Part shown: positions 1-13,238 of the stretch, in pieces
Position numbering within the stretch: position 1 is the stretch's first letter
Layout of the letters: each line of letters begins with the position of its first letter
NCBI RefSeq assembly: GCF_001194135.2
Contig: NC_068982.1
Span: 36,410,597 to 36,474,596, forward strand
Origin: Octopus bimaculoides
Taxonomy: Eukaryota
Direction of reading: 5' to 3'
DNA: 64,000 nucleotides
Notes under the pieces: model-generated
Databases searched by the model: none
Told to the model about the DNA's origin: nothing
Seen by the model: the letters and a program-made list of their open reading frames with translations, nothing else
Made by a program: the position numbers and the translations under genes

Positions 1-99
1 TGGGTTGTTGATACCTAAAAAAAAGTAACTGTCTGTTTAATTAAAAAGAACAAGGTAGAGTATTTTTGACATTTTCATGAATTCCTCATGCAAGGGGAA

Positions 100-142
<43 letters not shown>

Positions 143-1344
143 ATGAACTTTCAGTCTTCTAATGGAATATTTAGAAACACTGAAAAATAACATCACACAC
201 TACTACTTTCTATCATTGATTTTAGAGAGTTTCTTCTCAATAAAAATCTCTTTTATGTTTTTTTTATTCTGATTTGGATTTTATAATAATCATAGAAGAA
301 TGTCTAGAAACTATTTCAAGTGATTATAGTCTGATGATGAAACATGCTGAAGTACCATGTTAAATTTGGAATTTCTGTTAAAGATGAGTTTTTTCTGAAA
401 TCTGTAATCATGCTTTAGCAGTTTGAAAGTAGTTTTCTGCAACTTATTGTGAGTTACAGCATTTCCTAACATTGATTGCAAAATAATGGAATATATTTCT
501 CTGTGTTGAAGAGGGAATGAAAGTAATTTTGTCTCATATATCCCAGTCTTGATTACAACTGATATATCATAATGAAGTAGGTTCATTTGAAAAAAATAAT
601 TATGAATGAAACATTTCTTAAATTCCAATTAACTGTATTTTTAAAGTAATAACATTTTTCATCATATATCATGTTTCAAATATAAAAAAAACACTGTCCC
701 TATTATGGCTGTCAAACAAGTATGTTGTAATTTCAACATGATTTGAACTTTATCATGGGAGTACAAAACGTTTGGCAACCATTGGTGCATGTATAGTACA
801 TACTTGGCACACCCAAAGATATACATCCAAGAATTGATTGAACTTAAATTTAGAAAATATTCCATAATAGATTCCTATATATGTTGCATGCCTTTAACAA
901 GTATTTTGTGTATTAGGGAAGATAGGTTAGAAATTATCTCAAATTTCTTTTCATTCCCCTTTTGATATCAGACTTTCTCTGGTTATATGAAAAAAAACTG
1001 CCTGTTTTAAAGTGGTCTAAATTAAAATCTTCCATCAAAAATTCATGTTAATTTATGTTCCAGCCACCAGCTTAATAACAACAAAGTTAATTTCCTAAAT
1101 TTGTTCTTATTTTCAAAATTAATTGAAACAAAGGCATTGTATTTCAACAGAAATATAACAAACTGTGAATAAACAGCTACTTTATTGGATAAGAAACTCA
1201 ATTAGCCATAAATATTGGCCATGGTGTATATTTAAACTTTACTGTAAATTACTATAAATATATATCATTTTCTTCAAAAGTTAATCCTTTATAATCCCAA
1301 TAATTCTTGGGGATTGTGGCCTATTTGCTCAGTTCCATAATCAA

Positions 1345-1765
1345 AGCAGGCAGAAGCAAGCATGGTTGGTGGTAAGAAGTTTGTTTCCCAACCACATGGT
1401 TCCAGGATCAGACCCACCACATGGCACCTCACCAGATTAACCTAAGGCTTGCGAATAGATTTGGTAGATGGAAACTGAAAGAAGCCCATTGCATGTGTTT
1501 CTATGTTTGTGTGAGTGTGTGTGTGTTTGTGTGAGTGTGCATATGCTTGTGTATATTTGTCTTGATATCACATGAATGCTATAAATGAGCATCACTGTCA
1601 TACAAGCAATGTCATTCATTCCAATATTCTGTGAGAACATGTCTAGCCACGGGAATTATAACCTTACTTGGGAACAGATGAAGATTGGCAACAGGAAGGG
1701 CATCCAGCTGTAGAAAATATGCCTCAAATAAACTCCATCTAATTCACGTAATTAGTGGATGTTAA
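1345..1765 (+). mobile_element. tRNA-derived SINE with internal (GT)n
   Basis: Head gcatggttggtggtaagaagtttgtttcccaaccacatggttcc and body atttggtagatggaaactgaaagaagccc; related copies elsewhere in the window. Confidence 0.7.
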
Positions 1766-1910
1766 ATAATGTTGATGATAAGGGTGAGATTCAGTTCCAT
1801 ATGATTGAGATACAGATTTACTGACAAACCAACAATATTCTTGTCAATTCAATACTGTTGCTACTGCAGAGGCAAATTTATTATACTACCTTGGTGTCTA
1901 TCTGTTTAGT

Positions 1911-2085
1911 GTTTGGTGGACTTGGCTATTAAGAACTATATGTCTTAATAGCCAAGTCTACCGAAAAGCACAGTGAAGTGTTGATGATAGGGTAAAAACG
2001 ACTGATTTCTTGGCTTGTTGTCCAGTAATCAGTTAATTAATTAGCTGACTATTGGACAACCAATCAAGAAGTCAGTAGTTTTTAG
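1911..2085. repeat. Two adjacent hairpins (about 23-bp arms at 1912-1966; about 44-bp imperfect arms at 1993-2085)
   Basis: ggtggacttggctattaaga / tcttaatagccaagtctacc; taaaaacgactgatttcttgg...cagttaa / ttagctg...caagaagtcagtagtttta. Confidence 0.75.
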
Positions 2086-2187
2086 TCTATCACCAGCACT
2101 CCATTATGTTCTTAAATAAGATATATAGCTCATAATGGCCAAGCACACCACACACCAAACTCTTTTAATCATAGATAACACAGCAAT

Positions 2188-2189
<2 letters not shown>

Positions 2190-2277
<88 letters not shown>
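2190..2277. repeat. (GT)n microsatellite
   Basis: Perfect GT run. Confidence 0.98.
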
Positions 2278-2280
<3 letters not shown>

Positions 2281-2714
2281 GTTTGTCAATTGATAAATTT
2301 GTGTACTAAGCTCATGGTTACTCTTCTGTCCCAGTAATTAATAACTGAAGTAAAACTTTTGAATCATCAGTGTATGTGTGAAAATGTGAGTATATGAGTG
2401 CATGTGTGTGTGTGTGTGTGCGTGCGTGTGTGTGAATGTATATATGTGTGTGTGTGTATGTATGTGTGCATGTGTATAAGTTAGTACACTATTTTGTTTC
2501 CAGATAGAAGAGTATGTAACTTAGAGCTCTTGCGGACATTAAACTGTTTTTTGTTGCCGGAGTAAGATTACATTCCCTTATTTCTATAAACTTATAAGTT
2601 CACGCAGATCAGTATGTTGACACACACACATACACACACATGTAAAGCATCTGAACAAATACTGTAAGACATTTTGTCCAATGCTGCAACAACAACAACA
2701 ACAACAACAACAGC

Positions 2715-3085
2715 AAGACGGTTACATTACCAGTGATTGTAGGAGCACTTGGAATGATCAAAAAAGGAACTGAAAATTATTTAAGAATGATCCCTGGCTT
2801 ACCATCCATACAGGAAGTGCAAAAGATTGTATTAACTGACACGTCACATGTACTGAGAAGAGCATTGTCGCTATGAATTTTCTTTCCTTTTTTGCCCTTT
2901 ATTTTCTTTGTTTACTTTTATATTTTATATTTTTTCTTTTTCTCTGTTTTTCTTCCCCTTTTTACAATCACATGACTTAGAAAATAAACAATCTGGTGTG
3001 ATTATTTTAATAGCCTACAAATGTATACAGTGTGTTTCTCTGCTCTAGGTGTCAGGAAGGCACTCGACAATAGAAGGAAACAAAA
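2715..3085 (+). mobile_element. 5'-truncated R4/Dong-like non-LTR retrotransposon 3' end, between trinucleotide microsatellites
   Basis: Open frame 2715-2876 KTVTLPVIVGALGMIKKGTENYLRMIPGLPSIQEVQKIVLTDTSHVLRRALSL*, matching the PVxxGALG...QKxxLxxTxxxLR C-terminal motif of REL-type elements; flanked by (CAA)n and (GAT/AAT)n. Confidence 0.7.
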
Positions 3086-3180
3086 TTGAAAGAAGATGAC
3101 AATGAAAGTGATGATGATGATGATGATGATGATGATAATAATAATAATGATGATGATAATGATGATGATAATAATAATAA

Positions 3181-3396
3181 TCCTTTCTGCTGTAGGCACA
3201 AGGCCTGAAATTTTGGGGGAGGAGACTAGTCGATTACATCAACCCCCAGCATTTCACTGATACTTAATTTATTGACCCCAAAAGGATGAAAGGCAAAGTT
3301 GATGTTGGCAGAATTTGAACTGAGAATGTAGCAACGGAAGAAATACCACTAAGCATTTTGCCCATTGTGCTAATGATTCTGCCAGTTCACTGTCTT
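3181..3396 (-). mobile_element. tRNA-derived SINE (Meta-type central domain by resemblance)
   Basis: gaccccaaaaggatgaaaggcaaagttga...gaatttgaactgagaa; same family near 16340-16565, 17335-17525 (+), 34930-35115, 35165-35380, 53175-53305 and 62560-62760. Confidence 0.75.
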
Positions 3397-4699
3397 CATA
3401 ATAATAATAATAATAGTAATGTATGAAATTTTCCAATTACAAAGCAATTTTCAACACATTTTTCCATTTATATTAAATAAAAAACATGTATCAGAATTTT
3501 TGTTTGTTTGTTTTTCAAGCTTATACTGTAAATTCATCTGACAAAGCATTTAATGAAAAGTATAACAGATGGATGACATTTTCACACAAATAGAAGTTCT
3601 TTAAATGATGCAACAGTTTTCACTGATGCTGTGACATAGAGAGAGTATTAATAGCTATTATGTGACAAGTAATATTACATGAACATTGGTAAATGATTCT
3701 AAAAATAATCAAGATAATATAAAGTATCGAGCAAAAATAGAATTTACCATTTCTTTGAAACTAGACAATTGGGATCTTCATGCATCTATAATTAACCTCA
3801 ATATATGTTGAATGCATATTGGGTGCTCTAAACACAGAGATCTATTTATGTTAAGGATGAAATGTACACAGCTGTAGAAAGTTGGATTGGTGTCCATAAA
3901 GTAATAGCATATAAAAGAAAGCTGAAGTATTGTATGATAGTGTTGGTATTTTATTACAAACACGTGTATTATGATAGAGTTTATATTTTGTTTTGCAATA
4001 TTATTATAATTAATTTGGGATGGAAGTAAGGAGAAGGGAAATTATTTTGACCACTATATCAAGGCAGTAATTATTTTATTTACCTTAGAAGGGTGTAAGG
4101 TAAAGCTGACCTCTGTGAGATTTGATCTCAGAAGGAAAGAGCTATAATTAAATATCACAAAGCATTTTGTCTATTCTAATGATCATGCCAATTTGCTGCC
4201 CCATTTGGAGACAATACACATAATATAAATGTACTTGGGTGAGTTAATGACTGAATGGTTTTTTTATGTCATGACTGACAAAGAAGTGAATATTGTACTC
4301 AATAGACCTTCTAGAGTATCTAGAACATCTCCACAAAAATACAAAGGTCAGCTTCTAAAAAACTATCTTTCTACTAAATATAAAATTAAATCTTGCATCA
4401 TCTATTGTGTTTAGTTAGATATTGAGTGCTCCTACAAGTTCCACTCTGTGCTATTCTCAGCATTTACTGGCAAAACTTCACTAACTTTGAAGTTCTAGAA
4501 AAATTATAGATTATAAACATGAAAAATCACCTGAGTGATTGGCATGAAGTTGCTTACTAACACATTCCAACTTTTGGCTCACAGACATGTTTTCTCTTCT
4601 CTCTGACTTTTCAGTCTTTGTATAATGGCCTTCTTTGGCTGGTTGGGCTTGTATTACCTCCACTCAGGCACTCCTGATTCACTCATCTATTCTTCTCCT

Positions 4700-5285
4700 C
4701 TTGTCACCCATACACTAATAGTGGTCAATGTAAGATTTCCTATGTACACCTTACATTAACCACTATTCCAACTTTCTCTCTAGAACATCAGTTCTTAGAA
4801 ATACTGCCTTCTCCCTGGCTATGTTTTTCCAGTACACATGAACATATAACTATTCAAAAGGAACATTAGCCTTATTAATTCCTTTAGACCAAACCAATAA
4901 CAAAAAACAAAACAAAAAGAAAACACTTAAGATTCAGTTATGGTGGGCATATTGTATCTCTCAAATGTGAAACTGTAATCTGCTGATGTTCCTGCTGTAT
5001 AGTAAAGTTCCCATTTACTAATATGGTAGAAGTACACACCAAGAAAGTCTCATTCAATGAAACTATAAAATAAAGTCTCTCAAATAGTATCATACTGATA
5101 AATACTTAGAGGTCAACATTCACTGCCAACTGAGCCATGGTACCACATGAGTCACTGTTATTCAAAACACTCTCAGGACCAGCATTGAAGACCACACACT
5201 TCCTTCTTCTACCCACCAAATGTTTACTCACAACAAAGCTGTGACAGGAAATGCCTAAACTTCATAGATCACACCAATCATCAGT
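4700..5285 (+). mobile_element. Highly degenerate LINE (CR1-like) endonuclease-region remnant
   Basis: Weak motif echoes (YGGHIV, EVNIHCQLSHG resembling GDLNVHHQLW); many stops and frameshifts. Confidence 0.3.
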
Positions 5286-5299
5286 ATGAGTTTAGAAAA

Positions 5300-6663
5300 T
5301 TTATTGATTACACAAGTCTGCATAATTTTTGATGTTTAAATATTTACATAACTTTTTAAAGCAATTTTTAATGCTGATTTCAGATCCGTTACTAATTTTT
5401 CTCTATCACATCTAGTTTTTCTGTAATAAAGCTTTGTTTTTTTTTCTGTATTATGGTATCAGGGGATCAGATGACAGTGATTTTCTGATTTATTTTGCTC
5501 AACAAAATAGATTGCCATGAACCAATGCTGACCTAATATTAGTAGAAGTAAAATAACAGCCAATGTAAAGTTTATTAAACAGTTGTTGGCAACTCTGACA
5601 GACAACATGACCTTGAAAAGCTGTGTGCATGATTGCTAACTGATGCTTTAGTGTTGTTTTAGTAGTTCCAGAGTTCATTCATTGGTGATATTTACTTATA
5701 AATCCATTTAAAATGAGTACATATAGACGTAAGTGCATGAACAATCCAGACATATTCTGCTACATTTGTGACAGATATGTTGTCATTAAGCAGAGACAAA
5801 ATATAACTGATCTTATAAAAAAATCTATACTTTGTTTATTTTGGTGTTAAACTTGGTGATAAAGACAAACCTTGGCTTCCACACAAAGTATGTCACATTT
5901 GTGTGGAAGGACAGAGACTCTGGAAAGCCAGTAAGGAAAAAGAAATGCCTTTTGGAATACCAATGGTGTGGTGAGAGCCAAGTAACCACACTGGCAATTG
6001 TTATTTCTGTATTACTAAAGTTGATGGGTATAGTGCAAAAAATAAATATAAGATAGTGTATCATAGCATTCCCTCAGTTACATGGCCTATCGCACATGGG
6101 GTTGATGTTCAAGTTCCTCTCCTCACCCCTTGCTTTGAAGAATGTTACATCAGATAGTGATGAAGAAAACAAATGTGAAGAAGAAGGTGATGACTACACA
6201 CCTGACAAAATATTCCAAATCTGTTAAAGTATTTTGAGATTGAGGGCAATCCCTTAGAACAGAAGTTATTCATTGATTCCTCCAACAGGAGTTTGAAGGC
6301 TGTCTTGCTACAAAGTGACACATTCTGTACAACTAAAGGAGACGTATGAAAATGTAAAAAAACTTTTGTTAAATATAAAGTATGCAGAATACCATTGGCA
6401 AGTGTGTGGAGATTTCAAAATTATAGGCATGCTTTTAGGCCAGCAGGCAGGCTACACAAAAATACCAGAGCTAAAGAAAAGCATTGGATGGTTAAAAACT
6501 GGCCACAAAGGAGAAGTTTGTTACCTGGATCCAAAAACATGCTGTACGAGCCCATGATCGAACCTATAAATGTACTGCTACTACCTTTCACACATCAAAC
6601 TGGGTTTGATGAAACAGTTTGTTAAACCTTTGCCTTCAGATGGACCATGTTTGCAGTATCACT

Positions 6664-6701
<38 letters not shown>

Positions 6702-7400
6702 CAAATATCACCAGTGAGAAAATTAAAGCAGGAATATTTGTTGGTCCAGATTATGAGAAATCCATGAATGAATCTCAAAAACAGGCCTGGGTGAGCTTCA
6801 ATAATTTTTTGGGAAACAATAAGTGTTCAAATTACAAAGTCATAGTTGATACCATGTTGCAAAACTTCAAAAAGCTTGGGAGCAACATGAATGCTAAAAT
6901 GCACTTTCTTCACTCAACCTCGACTATTTCCTGGAATACCTTGGCAATCTAAGTGAAGAGCATGGTAAGAGATTTCACTAGGACATTAAAGAAATGGAGG
7001 GTGGAATGTAAGCATGATGGCAGATTACTGCTGGACCTTAAATAGAAATTGCAAACAACTACCAAAGCTGGAAGGAAATCAAAGTAAAGGATGTTTGAAA
7101 AGGAGTAAAATTACTTAAAAGCCATGGTAAGTGCATTAAAAATATATATTTAGTCAATATGTAGGCCTACATACAACTCATATCTTTTTTATTATTATTC
7201 TAGTCATTTGTTTTTAATTTCGTCATACTTTTATCTAAAAGTCAGCTACAAAAGGGAATGAATGATAAGAAAAACCATCATATCTTTGGTAACCATTTGT
7301 GCAAAATCTGTATGCAATAGGCAAAAACTAAAAACATATTTGAAATCACCATTAAAAATGGTTCAGAATCACTTATAAGTAGACAATCATCATTTACTTC
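5300..7400 (+). mobile_element. Chapaev3-like (CMC) DNA transposon, degenerate transposase about 5730-7110
   Basis: Peptides CMNNPDIFCYICD, WQVCGDFKIIGMLLGQQAGYTK, HIKLGLMKQFVK, FLGNNK..Y, KMHFLHS, SEEHGKRFH*DIKEME, MMADYCWTL; subterminal inverted similarity ttttaatgctgatttcag (about 5365) / gaaatcaccattaaaaa (about 7345). Confidence 0.75.
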
Positions 7401-8303
7401 ATTTAGAAACATAGACCTTTATTATCTTTTCTATATCTTTCAATGGGATATTTTAACTCCTTTAAAGGTAATTAACTATAAAAGCAATTGTTTGTCTTTC
7501 TATTACATCCCAATATTTATCATGTAATATATATTGTCAAATGTGGTCGAATAGCTATGTAAGAGGGTGTTTATGATATGTAAACTGATTTCAGTTGAGT
7601 TAGGAAAATAGCTGGGTATAAGATGGAATGAATGTTACTTAATAAGAGTAAAAATTCTGGTTGTATAGACAAAACAGGATATGCTATTAGAAGTGAGTGA
7701 AAATTTGCTGCGTGTTAGTATCTGCATAACAGATAGATTAAGAAAATTCTAGAACAACCTTGCTTGAATTGACTATCTGTATTGAGAGGAAATGACTAGT
7801 GATAACTAGAAATAACCAGAGGGAAATTTTGCTTTCAGATTTACTACATAAATTTAGCTTATTAAATCTGTCTCAAGTATAATGCTTAATTTAGTCTGAA
7901 ATCATTCATTTTGTGATTATCACTTCAGTTAAGTATTAATCTACTCAGCTTTAGAAGGTTATTGAGAATTATCTATCTCTGTCAGAGCTAACCTTTGTTT
8001 AAATCAAGTTAATATGTATTACATTTAATATGATCAACTTAGAAAACTTAATAAAACGATTAAACACACCATGTTTGATCACATTAAATATAGCACATTT
8101 GTTGCTAAGGGATGAATAATTACATTATATGATTTATGACATATTTTAAAAATCTAAAATATTCAAGAACCTCTTTAATAACTATGAATCTTTAATTAAA
8201 TAATATGCATTATAATCCAGAAGTATATCATAACAATTGCTTTCTAGTTCATTTACCCTGTAATCTAAAAAAAAAACTATAACTCATATAATAATTCTCT
8301 CTT

Positions 8304-8348
<45 letters not shown>

Positions 8349-8384
8349 TGAAATCTGTGTGTGTATGTGTGTACATACATATAC

Positions 8385-8419
<35 letters not shown>

Positions 8420-8790
8420 NNNNNNNNNNNNNNNNNNNNNNNNNNNNNNNNNNNNNNNNNNNNNNNNNNNNNNNNNNNNNNNNNNNNNNNNNNNNNNNNN
8501 NNNNNNNNNNNNNNNNNNNNNNNNNNNNNNNNNNNNNNNNNNNNNNNNNNNNNNNNNNNNNNNNNNNNNNNNNNNNNNNNNNNNNNNNNNNNNNNNNNNN
8601 NNNNNNNNNNNNNNNNNNNNNNNNNNNNNNNNNNNNNNNNNNNNNNNNNNNNNNNNNNNNNNNNNNNNNNNNNNNNNNNNNNNNNNNNNNNNNNNNNNNN
8701 NNNNNNNNNNNNNNNNNNNNNNNNNNNNNNNNNNNNNNNNNNNNNNNNNNNNNNNNNNNNNNNNNNNNNNNNNNNNNNNNNNNNNNNNNN
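8420..8790. other. Assembly gap (other gaps: 11407-11490, 13107-13218, 26051-26849, 27786-28145, 41758-42333)
   Basis: N runs, mostly next to microsatellites or repeats. Confidence 1.
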
Positions 8791-10074
8791 CTCTTCTTTG
8801 TTCCTGACTAAAAATAAATTTATCTTTCATTCCAGTTATCCTTTATTGACATTTGAAATGGATAACCAAAAATTTCATATTTGCATTGTAATGTTTTTTC
8901 TTTCTTAAAAAAGGATAAAATGCTGCAAAGACTTGCAAAATCACTTGTGAAATTTATGGTGATGATGCTGTTGGTGAATCAACTGTTTGAAGGTGGTTTG
9001 CAAAATTTAAAGCTGGAGAGTTTAGCTTGGAAGATGACATTTGCAGTAGAAGACTTTCAAAATTGGATGAAGATGTTTTGAAGGCAAAAATCGAAGAAAA
9101 CTCAAATATCACGACTAGAGAACTTGCAGAAGAGTTGGAAATTTCTAAAAGTACAGCCCATGAATACCTTGTGAAGCTAGGATACATTTCTCACTATTAT
9201 GTATGGGTCTCTCTACTAGCATAGCTAGGGGGCAGTGGTAGGGGCAGCACTTTTGGGTCTGCTGTAGGCAACATGTCTTTTTTGTGGGGTCCGGGTGCAG
9301 CAAATGGAAGGGCTGCACCGAGCGGCAACACACTCTAGCGACGCTAGTGGATCCCTCACAAGCTCTCAGAAAAGAATTGCTTGGACTGGTATTCCATTTG
9401 TGATATGCTTTTCAAATGGAATGAAAGGATGGCTTATTTTAAACAACTTGTGACTGGAGTTAAAAAATGGATTGTGTACGAAAATATAGTGTGTAAAAGA
9501 TCCTGGAGTTTGTGTAAGGATTCCCCAAAACAGCAACCAAAGACAAATATCCATGCCAAAAAAGTTATGCTTTGTGTTTGGTGGGATCATAAAAGCATTA
9601 TTTATTATGAGCTTCTCCCACAAAACCAGACCATTAATTCTGATGTGTACTGCCGTCAGCTGGCTAATTTGAACCAAAAAATTCAAAGAATTGAGGCTGG
9701 ACATTGCCAACAGGAAAGGGGTAGTGTTCCAACAAGACAATGCTTGACCACTTGTCTTTGGCTACCTGAACAAAGTTACATGAACTTGGCTGGGATCTCT
9801 TACCCCATCCACCATATTCTCCTCATATTCTGCCATCTGACTACCACTTGTTTTTGTCTCTACAGAGCTCATTGCAAAGAAAATCATTTAACGATTTCCA
9901 TCTTCAAAACCAATCAAATTTCATGCTGATGGAATATTTAAATTGCCTGATAGATGGGCAAAAGTCATTACTAATAATGGAAATTATTTCATTGAATAAG
10001 ATTTATTGAAAGGTCAATTATCAATATTCCTTTTTGCATATTAAAAAATGCTCAGAACTTTCTGGACAACCTAA
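8791..10074 (+). mobile_element. Mariner (DD34D-type) element, frameshifted transposase, left end lost in N gap
   Basis: Motifs TTRELAEEL..SKST, WVPH, KKVMLCVWWDHKSIIYYELLP.NQTINS, frameshifted HPPYSP..SDYHLF; right TIR ttctggacaacctaa followed by TA. Confidence 0.9.
9214..9349. mobile_element. 136-bp hAT-type MITE nested in the mariner WVPH motif
   Basis: TIRs tactagcatagctag / ctagcgacgctagtg; diverged 8-bp TSD ggtctctc (9206-9213) / gatccctc (9350-9357). Confidence 0.8.
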
Positions 10075-10869
10075 TATTTCATCACTTTCTGTCTTCTTTC
10101 TATGCTGTCATGGGTTGCATGGTTTGACAATAATCCAATGAGTGGAAGAACCATGCTGCACTTCGATATTTCTGTTTTGTCATGGTTTCTAAAGCTGAAT
10201 GCCAACCTCTAATTTCACAACAATTTTTCTTTTTCTTATCAGTGTTGATCATATTGACTAGTATGTTATTGTATATGACTTACATGCAGTGGCATGAAAA
10301 TGATACTTTGCAAGTAATAAACTGAAAAAATGACAATACAGCTTACTTATTTGATTTATAGGGTGTCATCAGTGCTGTGTCTTCATGATGCTCTTAACTT
10401 TGTGGCAAATACCACAACTGAAGGGATGTTCTACTGGTGACTCTGGAATTATCTATAAGTTTTTTTCTTTAGTATCAAACAATGAAATTTATTAAAGTTT
10501 ATTAACTGTACATACACCAGGCTTCTGCAGAGTTTCCTTCAAACAAATTTTACTCACAAGATAGTGATGAAACTGATGCCATGGTAAAAAATACTTATCC
10601 AAGATGCTCCACTTTGGGATCGAACCTAGAACCATCTAGTTGTAAAGGAAGTTTCTTAAACATACCTGGACCCATTTAAAAGCAGCAATTTTATGAAATC
10701 ATATTGTTACAACTTCAAGTAAGCAAGTATATAATGATTGGATCCAATAGCTCAAAGCTGTCAATGTATCACAGCCATCAAACTTGACTGCTTGTGAAAT
10801 ATCATTTAACATTAAGTGCAAAATTTGTATTTCATAAAGTTACACTTGCTTTTAGTGATTCTGAAAAGA

Positions 10870-11335
10870 AAGGGGTATGGAAGTGCTGTTTTAAAAGGTG
10901 GAGAATGCATAGGAGAACGAAAGTCTTCCTAATGCAAATTCAACAGTGGAACCAGCTATTCTAGTTGACAGCTATATGACAGGTAAAGCAATTAAGGATA
11001 TGAAGTAAGAGAAAAACTCTGGTCCACTAGAAATTACTGCTGAGATGCTTAAAATACCTGTTGGAGTGGAATACAACCTATTCGCTCATATAAGTAATTA
11101 GGTTGTACAAGAAGGAATCATGCCTAATGATTGGTGTAGCAGCATTACAATCAACTGTTATAAGGACAAAGGAAATAAATATTTTTGAGAGAAGTAATTA
11201 CAGATGCATCAAAATGCTGGACCAGGTCATGAAAGTTACAGAAATAGTTATAGCACATCTAATTAGGAAGAAAGTTAACCAAAATGAGATACAGTTTGGT
11301 TTTGTGCCAGGCAGAAGCACTATGCTGATTCTCTC
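10870..11335 (+). mobile_element. RTE-clade LINE reverse transcriptase fragment
   Basis: Frameshifted VQEGIMPNDWCSSITINCYKDKG / SNYRCIKMLDQVMKV / QFGFVPGRST. Confidence 0.85.
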
Positions 11336-11490
11336 TTTCTTGCAAAGCAAAGCAACAAAAGAGAGAGAGAGAGAGAGAGGGGGGGAGAGGGAGAGAGAGA
11401 GACAGGNNNNNNNNNNNNNNNNNNNNNNNNNNNNNNNNNNNNNNNNNNNNNNNNNNNNNNNNNNNNNNNNNNNNNNNNNNNNNNNNNNNN

Positions 11491-11541
<51 letters not shown>

Positions 11542-12797
11542 GATACACTTTATTTTTTTTTGAAGTTAGTGATGTTCTTTTCTTTCCTTTTTTTACATAT
11601 ACATTGCATTTCTCTGTTTTTTAAAATAATATTGTGTCTTTGTGATGCAAGATCATGAATGATGATTTCTGAACAGCTTCAATAAATATGATTGAATTAT
11701 GGTATTAATTATTTTCCTTTTTATATTTTTTTTGTCATTTATTTATTTGACTTGGTCTTTAACATGCATCCAATCAAATAAAATTGCTTTTTGTTTTTGT
11801 TTATCTTAATATTCTTATTAGCGATTTTCAGTAGCATTTCTCAAATTTCTTTGAGAACCAGAAATGTGAAACTCAGAATCAAATTTCAGGTTTAATAAAT
11901 ATTTTTGACACTCTTCTTTCAATATCAAGAACTCACATTTTTTTCAAACATAAACACTGAAGTGTTTATATTTCATATGCATGCACATGCAGTATCATTA
12001 CTATTATTGTCGTCAGCGTCATCATCATCATTGCTATTTAATATTTATTTCCATGCTAGTATGAATTAAACAGGTCACCTCACTCAAATGTTTCAGGAAG
12101 TGATAGTTGAAAGACAATCAAGATTAGGGGAGTTGAAAGTTCTTAAAGTATGATGAGAGAAACAGAGTAATTTGAGAGAGAGGGAAGTAGTTGGGGAGAG
12201 GAATGATGGGTCAGTAATAGAAGTGGATAATGGTAAGAGTGAATAACAAATGCCAATTACAAGTGACTGGGGAAAGAATGTGTGTGTGTGTGTATGGCAT
12301 ATATCTATGTATTTGTGTGCATTTACATGCATAATGCACCCAGTACACACTGCAAAGTGGTTGACAAATAAAGACAATATGTGGTAGAGGAGTCATGACA
12401 ATGTGACCATATGGATGCAATTAATATTGGATAAGATGAGCCTTTGTCATCACGGTAGAGAAGATCTTACATTTCAGATCTTAGTGCAGAGAAGTTCAAA
12501 GATAATGAACAGAAACAGCTATTGGACTTATAACACCTTTCTTCTGCCCCTTTATTTTTCTGTCATTTGTACTCTGTGTAAGTTGGACCTATTAATATAA
12601 ATATCTGAATATCTATACTTCAAAACTCATCATCTGAAAGTCTCCACCTTTTGCTTTCTCTTGTTTTGCATGTATACATTTATACATATTTTGTATTTCA
12701 TATTCAAACTAGTTAATATATCTAATATAGTTGATGTATCTAATTTGTTTATTCACATAATTGCCTCTTTCTCTCATTAAATATACATATATACATA

Positions 12798-13106
12798 CAT
12801 CATCATCATCGTTTAACGTCCGCTTTCCATGCTAGCATGGATTGGACGATTTGACTGAGGACTGGTGAAACAGGATGGCAACACCAGGCTCCAATCTAAT
12901 TTGGCAGAGTTTCTACAGCTGGATGCCCTTCCTAACGCCAACCACTCAGAGAGTGTAGTGGGTGCTTTTACGTGTCACCCGCACGAAGGCCAGTCAGGCG
13001 GTACTGGCAACGGCCACGCTCGAAATGGTGTCTTTTATGTGCCACCCGCACAAAAGCCATCCCAGGGTCACCGGCAACGATCCCGCTCGGAAAGATTTCA
13101 TGTGTC
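12798..13106 (-). mobile_element. RTE-LINE 3' UTR/tail with (GAT)n end
   Basis: Same sequence as the 3' UTR attached to the RTE ORF at 60271-61155; further copies at 13865-14127 (-) and 18405-18685 (+). Confidence 0.8.
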
Positions 13107-13238
13107 NNNNNNNNNNNNNNNNNNNNNNNNNNNNNNNNNNNNNNNNNNNNNNNNNNNNNNNNNNNNNNNNNNNNNNNNNNNNNNNNNNNNNNNNNNNNNN
13201 NNNNNNNNNNNNNNNNNNATATATATATATATATATAT

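Noticed and set aside
311-628. 105-aa ORF as a host gene
   Set aside because: There is no recognisable domain or splice context, only a faint resemblance to a transposase C-terminus that I cannot support.
2104-3199. Poly-HT and poly-I ORFs
   Set aside because: They are translations of (GT)n and (GAT/AAT)n microsatellites.
8249-8908. Long ORFs spanning N gaps (also 11103-11548, 12865-13384, 26003-26902, 27708-28278, 41620-42521)
   Set aside because: They are artefacts of N runs and microsatellites.
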